Assembly (NCBI GenBank): GCA_018654255.1
Contig: JABILX010000003.1
Location: 13,030 to 77,029, forward strand
Direction: 5' to 3'
DNA from: Candidatus Peregrinibacteria bacterium
GTDB taxonomy: Bacteria > Patescibacteriota > Gracilibacteria > UBA1369 > LOWO2-01-FULL-3
Length of the DNA: 64,000 nt
Made by a program: the position numbers and the translations under genes
Shown: positions 9,669 through 18,753 of the stretch, one piece after another
How the letters are laid out: each line of letters starts with the position of its first letter
Numbering within the stretch: position 1 is the first letter of the stretch
Notes under the pieces: model-generated
What the model was told of the DNA's origin: nothing
Seen by the model: only the letters and a program-made list of their open reading frames with translations
The model's database searches: none

Positions 9669-11722
9669 TAAAGATCAAACTCATACACCGATGTCGCAGT
9701 CAAAACCTTCATCCTCCCCGAATTCAAATCCACAGTGAAATCACGAATCTCTCCAACTCCATCGATAACATACTGATTTGAGTAAACAAGATTCCCAGTA
9801 TTCTCGTCCTTGTAGAAGACAAGAATCCTTCCATCCGAATCAAGAACATAAAGCTCAACCATATTTTCATCAGTGAGCATCTTCACAGGATCTACGAAAG
9901 CATTGAAAGGCGCCTTAGAAATTATCAAATCCTCCTTCACACCTCCATAATACTTATCAACTCCATCAGAGTTAAGGAACCAAACATTAGCATCAATTCC
10001 AAAGTCTTTAGCCAAAGCCAAGTCACCTTCAGAAGTATATTGATCAGCAACACCAAATCGATCTTGAGTAGCCTTATAAGTATATCTCCAAAGTTGATTG
10101 CTATCTGGATCCAACAAATAAATTCTATTAGACCAATCCTCGATCGCAACACCCTTGTGGAACGCACCATCTTCAGAGTCCATAAATGATAATGTACCTT
10201 CTTTATATTCAATAAATTTACCACTCTTAGTCAAGAAAACGATAGAATCTCTATCATCAAAATCAGTCGCCGCAATCACAGTTTCCTCCTCATCGATAGT
10301 TATAGGATCCTGAACCTGATCCAAAACAAGCTCATAAAGAGCATTATATTCAAAAACAAACAGTCGATCATTATTTTCAACAAATCCAAGAGCACTAATA
10401 TTGCTCCTCTTCTCAGTCAGATCAGCGAGCAAAGTTGGCTCTTCGATCCTCTTAACATTATCAAGACTATCGCGAGTCTCTTCGATTTGTTTCAACAAAA
10501 TACTAGCCTTCTCCCTGAAATGACCAGAACTCAAGACCTCCATTGCATCAGTTTGAGCCTTTTCCAGGATTTGACCTGCAGCTTCTTTATCATATTGTCC
10601 CTTGGTTTCAGCCTCAGAAATATTATTCTGAACATCTATAAGTTTTGTATCAAGAGCATCAATCTCAGCTTTTTGGACATTTTTGCTATACATAACCCAA
10701 ACTCCTCCAATCAATACAATCAAAACAAGAGCGATAGTCAAAAGCGCTTTTCCTCCTCCAAAACCACTTCCAAAAATTCCTCTCTTAAAATTTGAAAACC
10801 AAGAACCTACCCCTGAAACTTTTGTTCTCATGTCTCTTGGAGAACGAGCTTTCTTAAGCATTTTTCTCTCTCTTGTCTTCTTGAAAGCAGCTCCAATAGC
10901 TCCTTTAGCAACACCACCTGCTTTGACCAGAACCTTCGAAAATGTAGATTTCTTCTCAGCTCCAAATGGTGTGGAAACAACTTTATCAGCAGATGAAGAC
11001 GTATCAAGGAGCGTTTCCTGCAAACTTTCTTCACCCATTTCATCACCACCTTCAACCACAGCATCAGCCACATTTTGAGTAGCGATAGCAGTAAGTCCAA
11101 CTTTTCCAAGCATTTCTGTTGAAACAGCATCTCTCAATTCAGCCAAACAAACAGCAGGATCATCATTCATCATAATACGACCAAGATCGGTCTTGCTAAT
11201 ATATCGAAGCAACCGAGTCGAGCTAATCAAAACCTTATCTCCCTCCTCGAGAGCACCATTCGCAATATTACTAAAAACTTTCACCCCATTCTCTTCATAA
11301 AGCCCTTCTGTAACAGAACTAACAAATTTCTTCCTAATAAGATACGCCTCTGAATCTCCACTCTGTGTAATATAAAGAGTATCTCCTACCAAAGCCGCAA
11401 TCACTATATTCAAATTCCCCACATAACCTGAAACCTTCTCACTCTTGAACTTGTCCAACACATCATTTACCAATTTCAAAGAATTCTCGAACCTTTCATA
11501 AGGTTCCTCCTCAACACGATTGAAAAATTCTTCCTGAAACGTCGAAAAGACAGCCTCTCCAATTTCCTCACTATTAGCAGGATTATTCTGAATCTCCAAA
11601 GTTATGAAGATTTCCCCACTTTTCTCCCCATGTTTATCATACTGATCATAAGAATAGTTCTCGAGAAAGCTATTGTCATCTTTGCCGACAAACAAGAAGT
11701 CGTAGTTTGCTTTTAAAGGCAT
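9668..11722 (-). CDS. membrane protein with N-terminal PP2C/SpoIIE-like fold, one TM helix and a large extracytoplasmic domain
   Basis: The N-terminal region resembles PP2C (IVIAALVGDTLYITQSGDSEAYLIRK). A TM segment (ALLTIALVLIVLIGGVWVMY) is followed by a ~330-aa C-terminal domain rich in beta-strand-like repeats. Confidence 0.5.
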   Translation of the reverse strand: MPLKANYDFLFVGKDDNSFLENYSYDQYDKHGEKSGEIFITLEIQNNPANSEEIGEAVFSTFQEEFFNRVEEEPYERFENSLKLVNDVLDKFKSEKVSGYVGNLNIVIAALVGDTLYITQSGDSEAYLIRKKFVSSVTEGLYEENGVKVFSNIANGALEEGDKVLISSTRLLRYISKTDLGRIMMNDDPAVCLAELRDAVSTEMLGKVGLTAIATQNVADAVVEGGDEMGEESLQETLLDTSSSADKVVSTPFGAEKKSTFSKVLVKAGGVAKGAIGAAFKKTRERKMLKKARSPRDMRTKVSGVGSWFSNFKRGIFGSGFGGGKALLTIALVLIVLIGGVWVMYSKNVQKAEIDALDTKLIDVQNNISEAETKGQYDKEAAGQILEKAQTDAMEVLSSGHFREKASILLKQIEETRDSLDNVKRIEEPTLLADLTEKRSNISALGFVENNDRLFVFEYNALYELVLDQVQDPITIDEEETVIAATDFDDRDSIVFLTKSGKFIEYKEGTLSFMDSEDGAFHKGVAIEDWSNRIYLLDPDSNQLWRYTYKATQDRFGVADQYTSEGDLALAKDFGIDANVWFLNSDGVDKYYGGVKEDLIISKAPFNAFVDPVKMLTDENMVELYVLDSDGRILVFYKDENTGNLVYSNQYVIDGVGEIRDFTVDLNSGRMKVLTATSVYEFDL

Positions 11723-11767
11723 AATTATTATTTAAGAGTAGTTTTATCTGTGTGTGAATATACCAGA

Positions 11768-11959
11768 CTATCCCTGGCCATGTAAATCTTCTTCCAATTC
11801 AACCATTTCCCTAATTCTGTCACCAGCCTCTTTAGCCACAGCAACAACTTTCGGATCCTCAAGCTTTCCTCGACTACCATCATCATAAGGCTCTTTCGGT
11901 CTAATCATAGGAGGCAAACAAGACCCAATCGGCCGTGATGGTTTTTTATTCAAAGACAT
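11768..11959 (-). CDS. hypothetical small protein
   Basis: 63-aa ORF with no motif; kept only because no competing ORF covers it. Confidence 0.25.
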   Translation of the reverse strand: MSLNKKPSRPIGSCLPPMIRPKEPYDDGSRGKLEDPKVVAVAKEAGDRIREMVELEEDLHGQG

Positions 11960-12039
11960 ATCTATTTGTTAAATTCAATCTATAAGTAGCCAAATTATAA
12001 CAATCAAATCAAATATGTAAATGTTTTGTTAAAATAGAA

Positions 12040-12068
12040 TTGACTAACACAGTCTTTCCCTCTAGAGT
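12040..12068 (+). promoter_or_regulatory. sigma-70-type promoter candidate for rpmH operon
   Basis: TTGACT (12040-12045), a 17-nt spacer, then TAGAGT (12063-12068), about 50 nt upstream of the rpmH ATG. Confidence 0.5.
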
Positions 12069-12119
12069 ATGCACGCAAAAAAGCAATCAGAACAGAAGTA
12101 CTACTAACTTTCAAATAAA

Positions 12120-12263
12120 ATGCTCGGAAAGCTCAAAAAAAGAAAACGCCTTAGAAAACACGGCTTCATGCATAGAATGGCAACAAAAGGAGGAAAAAGC
12201 GTTCTAGGTCGAAGAAGAGGAAAAGGGAGAAAATCGCTTGCAGTCACAGTCCATTCAAAATAA
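12120..12263 (+). CDS. rpmH: 50S ribosomal protein L34
   Basis: Hand translation gives [47 protein letters not shown], which has the L34 signature (HGF..RM.T..G..VL.RRR.KGRK.L). It is below the ORF-track length cutoff. Confidence 0.85.
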   Translation: MLGKLKKRKRLRKHGFMHRMATKGGKSVLGRRRGKGRKSLAVTVHSK

Positions 12264-12270
12264 ACGGAAA

Positions 12271-12636
12271 ATGATTTCCAAGAATTTTCGACTTAACAAA
12301 TCAGATACAAGCTGGGTCTTGAAAAAGGGTGAAAAACTTTCGACCGATCTTTTCATAGTAAGATTACTTCGACTCCCCCAACAAAACCCTCAAACAAAGC
12401 CACCACAAGTCGCTTTCACAATAGTTACCTCAACAAAACTAAGCAAAAAAGCGGTAGAAAGAAACGCACTAAAAAGACAGATTTCAGAAGCACTCAGACT
12501 CAACATCAACAAGGTAAAGAACCAAGACGAAACCTGGAAAGTCGCATTGATTCCCAAAAAGAAAGTACTTCATGTAGAATACAAAGAAATTGAATCAGAT
12601 ATAATATTACTTATAAATAAACTGAATAATGAATAA
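12271..12636 (+). CDS. rnpA: ribonuclease P protein component
   Basis: MISKNFRLNKS...LFIVR... is basic and about 120 aa. It holds the conserved position between rpmH and yidC. The ORF-track start at 12238 overlaps rpmH, so I use the ATG at 12271. Confidence 0.8.
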   Translation: MISKNFRLNKSDTSWVLKKGEKLSTDLFIVRLLRLPQQNPQTKPPQVAFTIVTSTKLSKKAVERNALKRQISEALRLNINKVKNQDETWKVALIPKKKVLHVEYKEIESDIILLINKLNNE

Positions 12637-13885
12637 ACAAAACCTCATCAAAAACATTCTTCTGTTCCTAATAGTTTTTCTATCACTCAATTACATTTTC
12701 AATAGTTGCCAGTCACCTGAAGAACAAGCCTCTATAATTGATCAAGGAGATTTAGGCTTCATGACGACAGACACTTCATACAGCAGAAACAAACTCGTCA
12801 CGGTAGAAATAAAGAACAACACAACCCAAGAGATCGTAATCCCACAAGATTGTCCTGGAGAACCTTTTGACGTGTTCAACTATGACAACGGTGAATGGGT
12901 GCAAATAGAATCAACTCCAGAAATAGACTGTAGTAAAGCAGAATCATACGCCCTTCAACCAGGAGAAGAATTAAAAGTTCCATACGACAAATGGTCTCAC
13001 GCATTATTTTCAAAAATGGGAAGATTCCGAATTAGTTTCACAACAACAATCGGAGAAGAACTAAAAACATTCGACACCAACGAATTTATAGTAGAAAAAG
13101 AAGGAATGCTGAGCCAACTTTGGAACGGACTCTTCTACAGACCTATATATAACGCGTTAATTTTTTTCATACACGTTCTACCTGGAAACAGCCTTGGATT
13201 AGCAATCATTCTCCTCACCATACTTATCAGAACAATATTGCTCGCTCCATCACAAAAAGCGATGAAAGCACAAAGAAGAATGCAAGAGGTCCAACCAATG
13301 ATTGAAAAGATCAAAGAAAAATACAAAGGAGACCAACAAAGAATTTCTCAAGAAACAATGACTCTTTGGAAAACCCAAAAAGTCAACCCAATGGGAAGCT
13401 GCCTTCCCCTACTCCTCCAATTCCCAGTATTAATAGCATTATTCTGGGTAGTAAAAGGTGGCCTTAATCCTGACAATTCATACCTGTTATACACAACATA
13501 CGAAAACTTCTCTCTTCTGAATATAGACACAGCATTCCTAGGACTAGACTTACTCAAACCAAACGTTTACGTCCTTCCAGTAATAATAGGTCTACTCCAA
13601 TTCGGACAGATGAAGTTATCAATGCACAAAAAAGGAAAGAAGACAGCAGCGAAAAAAGAAATGGCTATGGCAAACAACATGATGATGTACGCAATGCCTG
13701 TTATGATAGCAGTCTTCACAGCATCACTTCCTGCAGGTGTAGGAGTCTACTGGGGAACATCAACCTTATACGGAATAATCCAACAAGTATTTGTAAACAA
13801 AGGCTTCGACAAACCAGGAAAAAAAGACAAACCAGACGATAAGAATTCTGATGACGTAAAGGTCAGAGTAATTGAAAAACACTAA
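12629..13885 (+). CDS. yidC: membrane protein insertase YidC
   Basis: YidC/Oxa1 core (PLLLQFPVLIALFWV, GVGVYWGTSTLYGIIQQ) with a basic C-terminal tail and conserved rnpA-yidC-jag order. Confidence 0.85.
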   Translation: MNKQNLIKNILLFLIVFLSLNYIFNSCQSPEEQASIIDQGDLGFMTTDTSYSRNKLVTVEIKNNTTQEIVIPQDCPGEPFDVFNYDNGEWVQIESTPEIDCSKAESYALQPGEELKVPYDKWSHALFSKMGRFRISFTTTIGEELKTFDTNEFIVEKEGMLSQLWNGLFYRPIYNALIFFIHVLPGNSLGLAIILLTILIRTILLAPSQKAMKAQRRMQEVQPMIEKIKEKYKGDQQRISQETMTLWKTQKVNPMGSCLPLLLQFPVLIALFWVVKGGLNPDNSYLLYTTYENFSLLNIDTAFLGLDLLKPNVYVLPVIIGLLQFGQMKLSMHKKGKKTAAKKEMAMANNMMMYAMPVMIAVFTASLPAGVGVYWGTSTLYGIIQQVFVNKGFDKPGKKDKPDDKNSDDVKVRVIEKH

Positions 13886-13896
13886 TCCCTAAAAAT

Positions 13897-14361
13897 ATGA
13901 AAATCGAAAAACTCATTAAGGAAACTCTAGAGAACCTCCTGATAAAACTTGGATCGGAATACTCCGACATAGTGATAGACATGCGAGACGAAGACACATA
14001 CACAGTAAACATCAAATCAGAAGACGCGACAACACTGATAGGTCATCACGGAGAAACCATCTACAGTTTGCAACACGTCCTCAAGACACTCTGCTGGTCA
14101 AAATCAAAAAAGAAAGATGAATTCAATATCATCCTGGACGTGGACAATTACAGACAAAGACAAGAAGACCGAGTAATCGCAATAGCGGAAAAACAAGTAG
14201 CCTTCACAAGAAAAACAGGAAGACCACAAAAACTTCCACCAATGTCACCTTACTTCAGAAGAGTAGTCCACATACGCTTGATGGAACCAGAGTTCGACGA
14301 CATTGAAACTCTGAGTAACGGAGAAGGAGACCAACGACACATCATTATAAAACCAGCTTGA
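13897..14361 (+). CDS. jag: Jag-like KH/R3H RNA-binding protein
   Basis: KH-like [14 protein letters not shown] and R3H-like [13 protein letters not shown] motifs, positioned downstream of yidC. Confidence 0.75.
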   Translation: MKIEKLIKETLENLLIKLGSEYSDIVIDMRDEDTYTVNIKSEDATTLIGHHGETIYSLQHVLKTLCWSKSKKKDEFNIILDVDNYRQRQEDRVIAIAEKQVAFTRKTGRPQKLPPMSPYFRRVVHIRLMEPEFDDIETLSNGEGDQRHIIIKPA

Positions 14362-15356
14362 TCAAAAAAATCTTAACTATCTTGGTAACCGCAACTCTAA
14401 GCTTCACGTTTGTCGTGAGCTTTTCGATCGTCCACAACCTGGGCCAACTCGCAACAGCCGAAGAAGCCGAACAAACAAAAGCAAATCAACCTGCAGACAC
14501 ACTATGCCCAAACGGTCTTGCCGACGTAGATGAAGGAGAGTACCACTACATCGCAATCAACGACTTGTTTTCAAAAGGAATCCTCAACGGATACGAAGAC
14601 TGTTCTTTCAAATCATACGACCCAATCAATAGAGCAGAGGCATTGAAAATAACATCAGAAGCATTCACTCCCTTCACAGAAGAATACATAGTTCCAGACA
14701 AACGTCCCTTCCAAGACGTTCCACTAGACGCATGGCACGCAAAATACATCGTCCAAGCAAAAGAAAAAGGAATGACCAACGGATACGAAGATGAAACTTT
14801 CCGACCATGGGAAACAATCAACCTCGCAGAGTCCCTCAAAATAATCACCCAATCCCTAAGCAACTACATCGAACCACACGCAGACGAACTGTTCACAGAC
14901 GTCCAATTGGACACATGGTTCTCAGGATACTTCGCATATGCGAAAGCACGAGACCTTCTCAACATATCCGCAGAAAACAAAGTTTTCCCAGAACAAGAAA
15001 TGAGCAGAGGATATTTCGCAGAAATTATCTACAGACTAAAAAGATCTTTCGAAGGATATGATTTCGGCAAAGCAACCTTTTATGGAGAAGTTTTCCACGG
15101 AAGAAACACAGCCTCAGGCAAAATGTTCGACATGTACGAAATGACAGCAGCACACAAGACCCTACCATTCGGATCAATAGTAGAAGTCACAAACTTAGCA
15201 AACGGCAAAACAGTACAAGTAGAAATAACAGACCGAGGCCCTTACGGCCCTGGCCGAGTGATAGACCTGACATCCTCAGCATTTGAAGTAATATCAAGCC
15301 TCAGCCGCGGAATCATATATGTAGAATACAAAGTGATCTCTGAACCAGTCAATTAA
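14358..15356 (+). CDS. SLH-repeat protein with RlpA-like double-psi beta-barrel domain
   Basis: The C-terminus [23 protein letters not shown]...[31 protein letters not shown] is RlpA/DPBB-like. The N-terminal half has SLH-like repeats (NGYED.SF....INRAEALKI). Confidence 0.75.
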   Translation: MIKKILTILVTATLSFTFVVSFSIVHNLGQLATAEEAEQTKANQPADTLCPNGLADVDEGEYHYIAINDLFSKGILNGYEDCSFKSYDPINRAEALKITSEAFTPFTEEYIVPDKRPFQDVPLDAWHAKYIVQAKEKGMTNGYEDETFRPWETINLAESLKIITQSLSNYIEPHADELFTDVQLDTWFSGYFAYAKARDLLNISAENKVFPEQEMSRGYFAEIIYRLKRSFEGYDFGKATFYGEVFHGRNTASGKMFDMYEMTAAHKTLPFGSIVEVTNLANGKTVQVEITDRGPYGPGRVIDLTSSAFEVISSLSRGIIYVEYKVISEPVN

Positions 15357-15668
15357 ATGCGCCGAAAACAAACCTTACAAACAGAAGTAGAAAAAACTAT
15401 AAAACTCCTCATCACAACTCTCGCTATTATAATAATAGTTCTATTAATCGTATTCCTATTTTCTACCGGTAAAAAAGCCCAACAAGGCTACCTCCTAGAA
15501 CAAGCGAGAAACCACAACGAAGAACTCAAAAACAAATCAGAAGGCCTAAAAGCAAAGCTCACAAACGCACAATCAACATCCAATTTTGACGAAAGCGAAA
15601 TAATCGACGAAATGACCCCACCAGAAGACGAAATCCTTGATTACTTGCTTCCAGAGGATAACAATTAA
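15357..15668 (+). CDS. hypothetical single-pass membrane protein
   Basis: 103 aa with one TM (LLITTLAIIIIVLLIVFLF) followed by a coiled region. It is FtsL/DivIC-like in shape only. Confidence 0.4.
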   Translation: MRRKQTLQTEVEKTIKLLITTLAIIIIVLLIVFLFSTGKKAQQGYLLEQARNHNEELKNKSEGLKAKLTNAQSTSNFDESEIIDEMTPPEDEILDYLLPEDNN

Positions 15669-15746
15669 AATTCCCTTGAATAATCCCTCCCCTACAGGTA
15701 GAATCACCGCGTATTTCCTAGCGCCTCTAAAGCGCTTTGACAACAA

Positions 15747-15821
15747 GGTCCCATCGTCTAGTGGTTAGGACATCAGGTTTTCATCCTGAAAACAGGGGTT
15801 CGATTCCCCTTGGGACTACCA
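15747..15821 (+). tRNA. tRNA-Glu (anticodon UUC), CCA encoded
   Basis: Hand-folded cloverleaf: acceptor GGTCCCA/TGGGACT, D arm GTCT-AGTGGTTA-GGAC, anticodon arm TCAGG-TTTTCAT-CCTGA, T arm AGGGG-TTCGATT-CCCCT, then ACCA. Confidence 0.9.
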
Positions 15822-15828
15822 TTAAAAA

Positions 15829-15856
15829 ATGGCAGCCATTCGGCTGGCATTTTTTG
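15829..15856 (+). terminator. intrinsic terminator candidate after tRNA-Glu
   Basis: ATGGCAGCC-attc-GGCTGGCAT stem (one mismatch) followed by TTTTT. Confidence 0.45.
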
Positions 15857-15979
15857 ATAATCAAGGGGAAGAGAACCAAAAGGGTTCGCGTTTTCAAGTG
15901 AACGAGATAAGTGGACAAGCAAAGCTTGGACATTTACGAGTGAACGCAGAAAATCCTGTGACGAGCGCAACGAGTCACT

Positions 15980-15997
15980 TTCCCCTTGGGACTACCA
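15980..15997 (+). repeat. 18-nt direct repeat of the tRNA-Glu 3' end
   Basis: TTCCCCTTGGGACTACCA at 15980-15997 is identical to 15804-15821, the 3' end of the tRNA. Confidence 0.85.
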
Positions 15998-16004
15998 AAG
16001 TAAT

Positions 16005-16132
16005 GGCGAGAAATGCGATCCGTAGTGCAGCAAAGACCACGTTCTTTGCGAAACGAAGGAGAAAAAGCGCCAAAAAATCTACTCCAAACAGTGGAAAGAT
16101 TTTTAAAGCTTTTTCAGCATTTCCCCATTGAA
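16005..16132 (+). ncRNA. structured repeat, family B, copy 1 (candidate small RNA or MITE-like element)
   Basis: A ~128-nt unit also occurs at 44334-44462 with a conserved skeleton: GGCGAGAAATGCGATCCG, a variable hairpin, CGAAGGAGAAAAAGCG...CAGTGGAA.GAT.TTTTAAAGCTTTTTCAGCATTTCCCCA. The hairpin here is GCAAAGA/TCTTTGC. Confidence 0.45.
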
Positions 16133-16165
16133 CACCCTACTCCTTCACCACATCCATATCCACAG

Positions 16166-16993
16166 CTACAATTCAAAATTCAAATCTAGATCCCCAGAAC
16201 CATCTTCATCTTCTTCCGCAAAAAAGATACCAAGCTTAGCTGCCTCCTCTGCGGTCAACCCTTCATCCTCTTCATCATCAGAAAGACGAATACCTTTCGT
16301 CATAGCCCTCCGTTGATCTTTATCTTCAGACGCACTCCAAGTAGAAACATATTCACCACCAACCTTACGATTTGGATCTTTAAAAGTTTCATGAATACGA
16401 GAAGCAGCATATGCAGCAATCTGACGGATCCTTTCCCTAGTCATTCTAGAAATAAACCCAACATCTTCAAGAGAAAGCCCTCCCCTCTCAGCAATATCCA
16501 AAGCACAAGAGGCTGGGATCTCCATAGGATCCATCTCAGGAAAATTAATCTTCAAAGCTCCAGTATCCTTTATCTCCAAATAAAGATGATACCTACAAAG
16601 AAGAAATGGACACGGACGAGGCCCACTCTCACAATGAGCTCTGATCTTAGGACGATTAGCTTCAGCCCATTCTGCCTCTTCTCTCAAATCTCCACCCAAA
16701 TCAGCAACCACATTTTTATGAGTCTTCTCCAACTTCACAAATGGAATAGTCCCCGGCTTCATATACCTAGGCTCATCAACTTCTTCTTCACAACTAGCTT
16801 GCCTTAAAACATCATTCTCAATCACATCATTTTTATCAACCACATCCTCACCCCCAACAAGCACTTTTAAATCTTCATCCGAAAACTCATCCTCAATCAT
16901 TACTCCACCATCAACATCATCTTCATCAAAATCCAGATCAACAATGAGATCTGGATTCACGTCACCATCATGTTCAGGAGCCCTAGTTTCCAT
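16166..16993 (-). CDS. acidic protein with sigma-70 region-4-like HTH
   Basis: The central block CPFLLCRYHLYLE...SLEDVGFISRMTRERIRQIAAYAASRI resembles a sigma region 4 / HTH. Both termini are very acidic. Confidence 0.5.
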   Translation of the reverse strand: METRAPEHDGDVNPDLIVDLDFDEDDVDGGVMIEDEFSDEDLKVLVGGEDVVDKNDVIENDVLRQASCEEEVDEPRYMKPGTIPFVKLEKTHKNVVADLGGDLREEAEWAEANRPKIRAHCESGPRPCPFLLCRYHLYLEIKDTGALKINFPEMDPMEIPASCALDIAERGGLSLEDVGFISRMTRERIRQIAAYAASRIHETFKDPNRKVGGEYVSTWSASEDKDQRRAMTKGIRLSDDEEDEGLTAEEAAKLGIFFAEEDEDGSGDLDLNFEL

Positions 16994-17039
16994 CTAAAAA
17001 ATTTGACAAATATTGTTTATTTGATGTAGAAGTTTTACC

Positions 17040-18698
17040 ATGCTTGACTCACAAACATCAACATTAAATTTCGAAACTCCACCCGAAGACAAAATTTTGA
17101 CTCCGGAAAAATTAGCCGAACTTGCAACAAAAGATTGTGAGAAAGGCGAAATTTTTCTTGGCAACATGGGACAATTCATCCGACTACAAGAACTCGAAGA
17201 CAATATTTGGTATGTACCAATTGAACTGATAATCCCAAACCCAGATCAGCCAAGAAACTACTTCGACGAGAAAAAATTGAATGAGATGGAAGTCTCAATG
17301 TTAGACAGAGGCCAAGAAAATGCTGCAGCAGTAGTTCCATACATAGATTCAGAAGGAAAAATAAAATTTCTAATAGAAGGAGGTGAAAGAAGATTTCGAG
17401 TAATCACCGAAAGAATTGGAGCCCAATACATGAAAGTAGAAATAAAATGGAGGCCAACTTACAAAGAACTTTATGTAGCAGCCGGGCTAGACAACTTAGA
17501 TAGGGAAGATCCCAATCCAATAGAACAAGCCAAGTTCTTCAACAGATTAATAGAATGGGAAATGGAAGCAGATGGAATCGGAAAAGCAAAAGCAACAAAC
17601 ACCATAAGCAAAAAAACAGGAAGAAAAGAAACATTCATAAAAAACAGACTAAAACTGCTCGAAACCTCCGAAATAATACAAACAGCGATTATAGAAGGAC
17701 TCCCTGCGCACATAGGAATTGAAGTAGCTAGAATGGCAAAACGAGGGGACAACCAACTGGCAGCAGAACTAAAAGCCGTACAAATCCTATTAGACAATCC
17801 AGAAAAAGACTACGATAGCGAAGCTGCAAGAATAAAAGACCTCTCAAAACTAACAGTAGGAGAAGCTCAGGAAGTTATGAAAGCAATCTTGGCATCAACA
17901 GGAGGAAAAGCAGGAGAAGAAACCGTAGCAAGAGTAGACGCAGCAAAAAAAATCATTGGATTTTCCTCAGCCCTAACAACAATAATAAATCAATCAAGAA
18001 GACTGGTCGCAAACCCTAAGCTAATCCCAACAATAATAGCAACGATGCAGGAAAGAAGAGGTTACCCACCAGACATAGTCTTCGACAGAATACAAACAGT
18101 GCTCCCAATAATCAGAGGAATTCACAGACAAATAGTTGAAACAGCAACAGATACAGAAATACCTATGAAACCCGACGACCTGAGAGCAGAGCTAGAAGAA
18201 GTAAGAAGCGCCCTCGATGAAATGATCGAAGACCTTGCAGTCCCAACGAGAGGATACCCAACAGAAATAATCAAGACAAGAGCACAAGAAGCATTCGCAA
18301 GACTAAAAGAAGTTTACGAGAAGATAGTCGTAACAGCAATGATTCCGCCACCACTCGAAATCCCTGAAGGAGCCCCCACTTTCTTTGAACAACTAAAAAA
18401 ACAAGGAGCAAACTTAGCCCAAAAAAGCGCACTCAAATTCAGAATAGCAAAAATACTCGCAGACGCATCCGACAACGACGAAAAATCACTAAACAGCAAA
18501 GAAATAGCAGACAAACTAAAAGAGCAAGGCATCAGCACAAAAGAAACAGTCATAGAACAAATCATCAGAGATCTAGACAGCGACTTAATGAGAATGGACC
18601 TAAGAGTAGATGTACAAGTTTTAAGAATCAGAGACAAAAAAACAAACAAACTTCAAAAAGTGAATACATACCGACTCAAGTGGGTAATCAAGAGATAG
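17040..18698 (+). CDS. ParB/Srx N-terminal domain protein with long C-terminal extension
   Basis: ParB-like nuclease-domain blocks are IELIIPNPDQPRNYFDEKKLNEMEVSM and EGGERRFRV. It is divergent from the 16166..16993 gene, with a 46-bp spacer containing TTGACA. Confidence 0.6.
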   Translation: MLDSQTSTLNFETPPEDKILTPEKLAELATKDCEKGEIFLGNMGQFIRLQELEDNIWYVPIELIIPNPDQPRNYFDEKKLNEMEVSMLDRGQENAAAVVPYIDSEGKIKFLIEGGERRFRVITERIGAQYMKVEIKWRPTYKELYVAAGLDNLDREDPNPIEQAKFFNRLIEWEMEADGIGKAKATNTISKKTGRKETFIKNRLKLLETSEIIQTAIIEGLPAHIGIEVARMAKRGDNQLAAELKAVQILLDNPEKDYDSEAARIKDLSKLTVGEAQEVMKAILASTGGKAGEETVARVDAAKKIIGFSSALTTIINQSRRLVANPKLIPTIIATMQERRGYPPDIVFDRIQTVLPIIRGIHRQIVETATDTEIPMKPDDLRAELEEVRSALDEMIEDLAVPTRGYPTEIIKTRAQEAFARLKEVYEKIVVTAMIPPPLEIPEGAPTFFEQLKKQGANLAQKSALKFRIAKILADASDNDEKSLNSKEIADKLKEQGISTKETVIEQIIRDLDSDLMRMDLRVDVQVLRIRDKKTNKLQKVNTYRLKWVIKR

Positions 18699-18753
18699 TA
18701 ATTGACATATATTCTCCGCAAATGGTAACTTCGCCTCCTTTGCAAACAACAAA

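Noticed and set aside
11960-12119. Replication origin next to rpmH
   Set aside because: No DnaA-box clusters were seen, dnaA is absent, and the strand bias does not reverse across the spacer.
15829-16131. 100-aa ORF downstream of tRNA-Glu
   Set aside because: It spans the tRNA terminator, the duplicated tRNA end and the family B repeat. The second copy of the repeat is not in an ORF.
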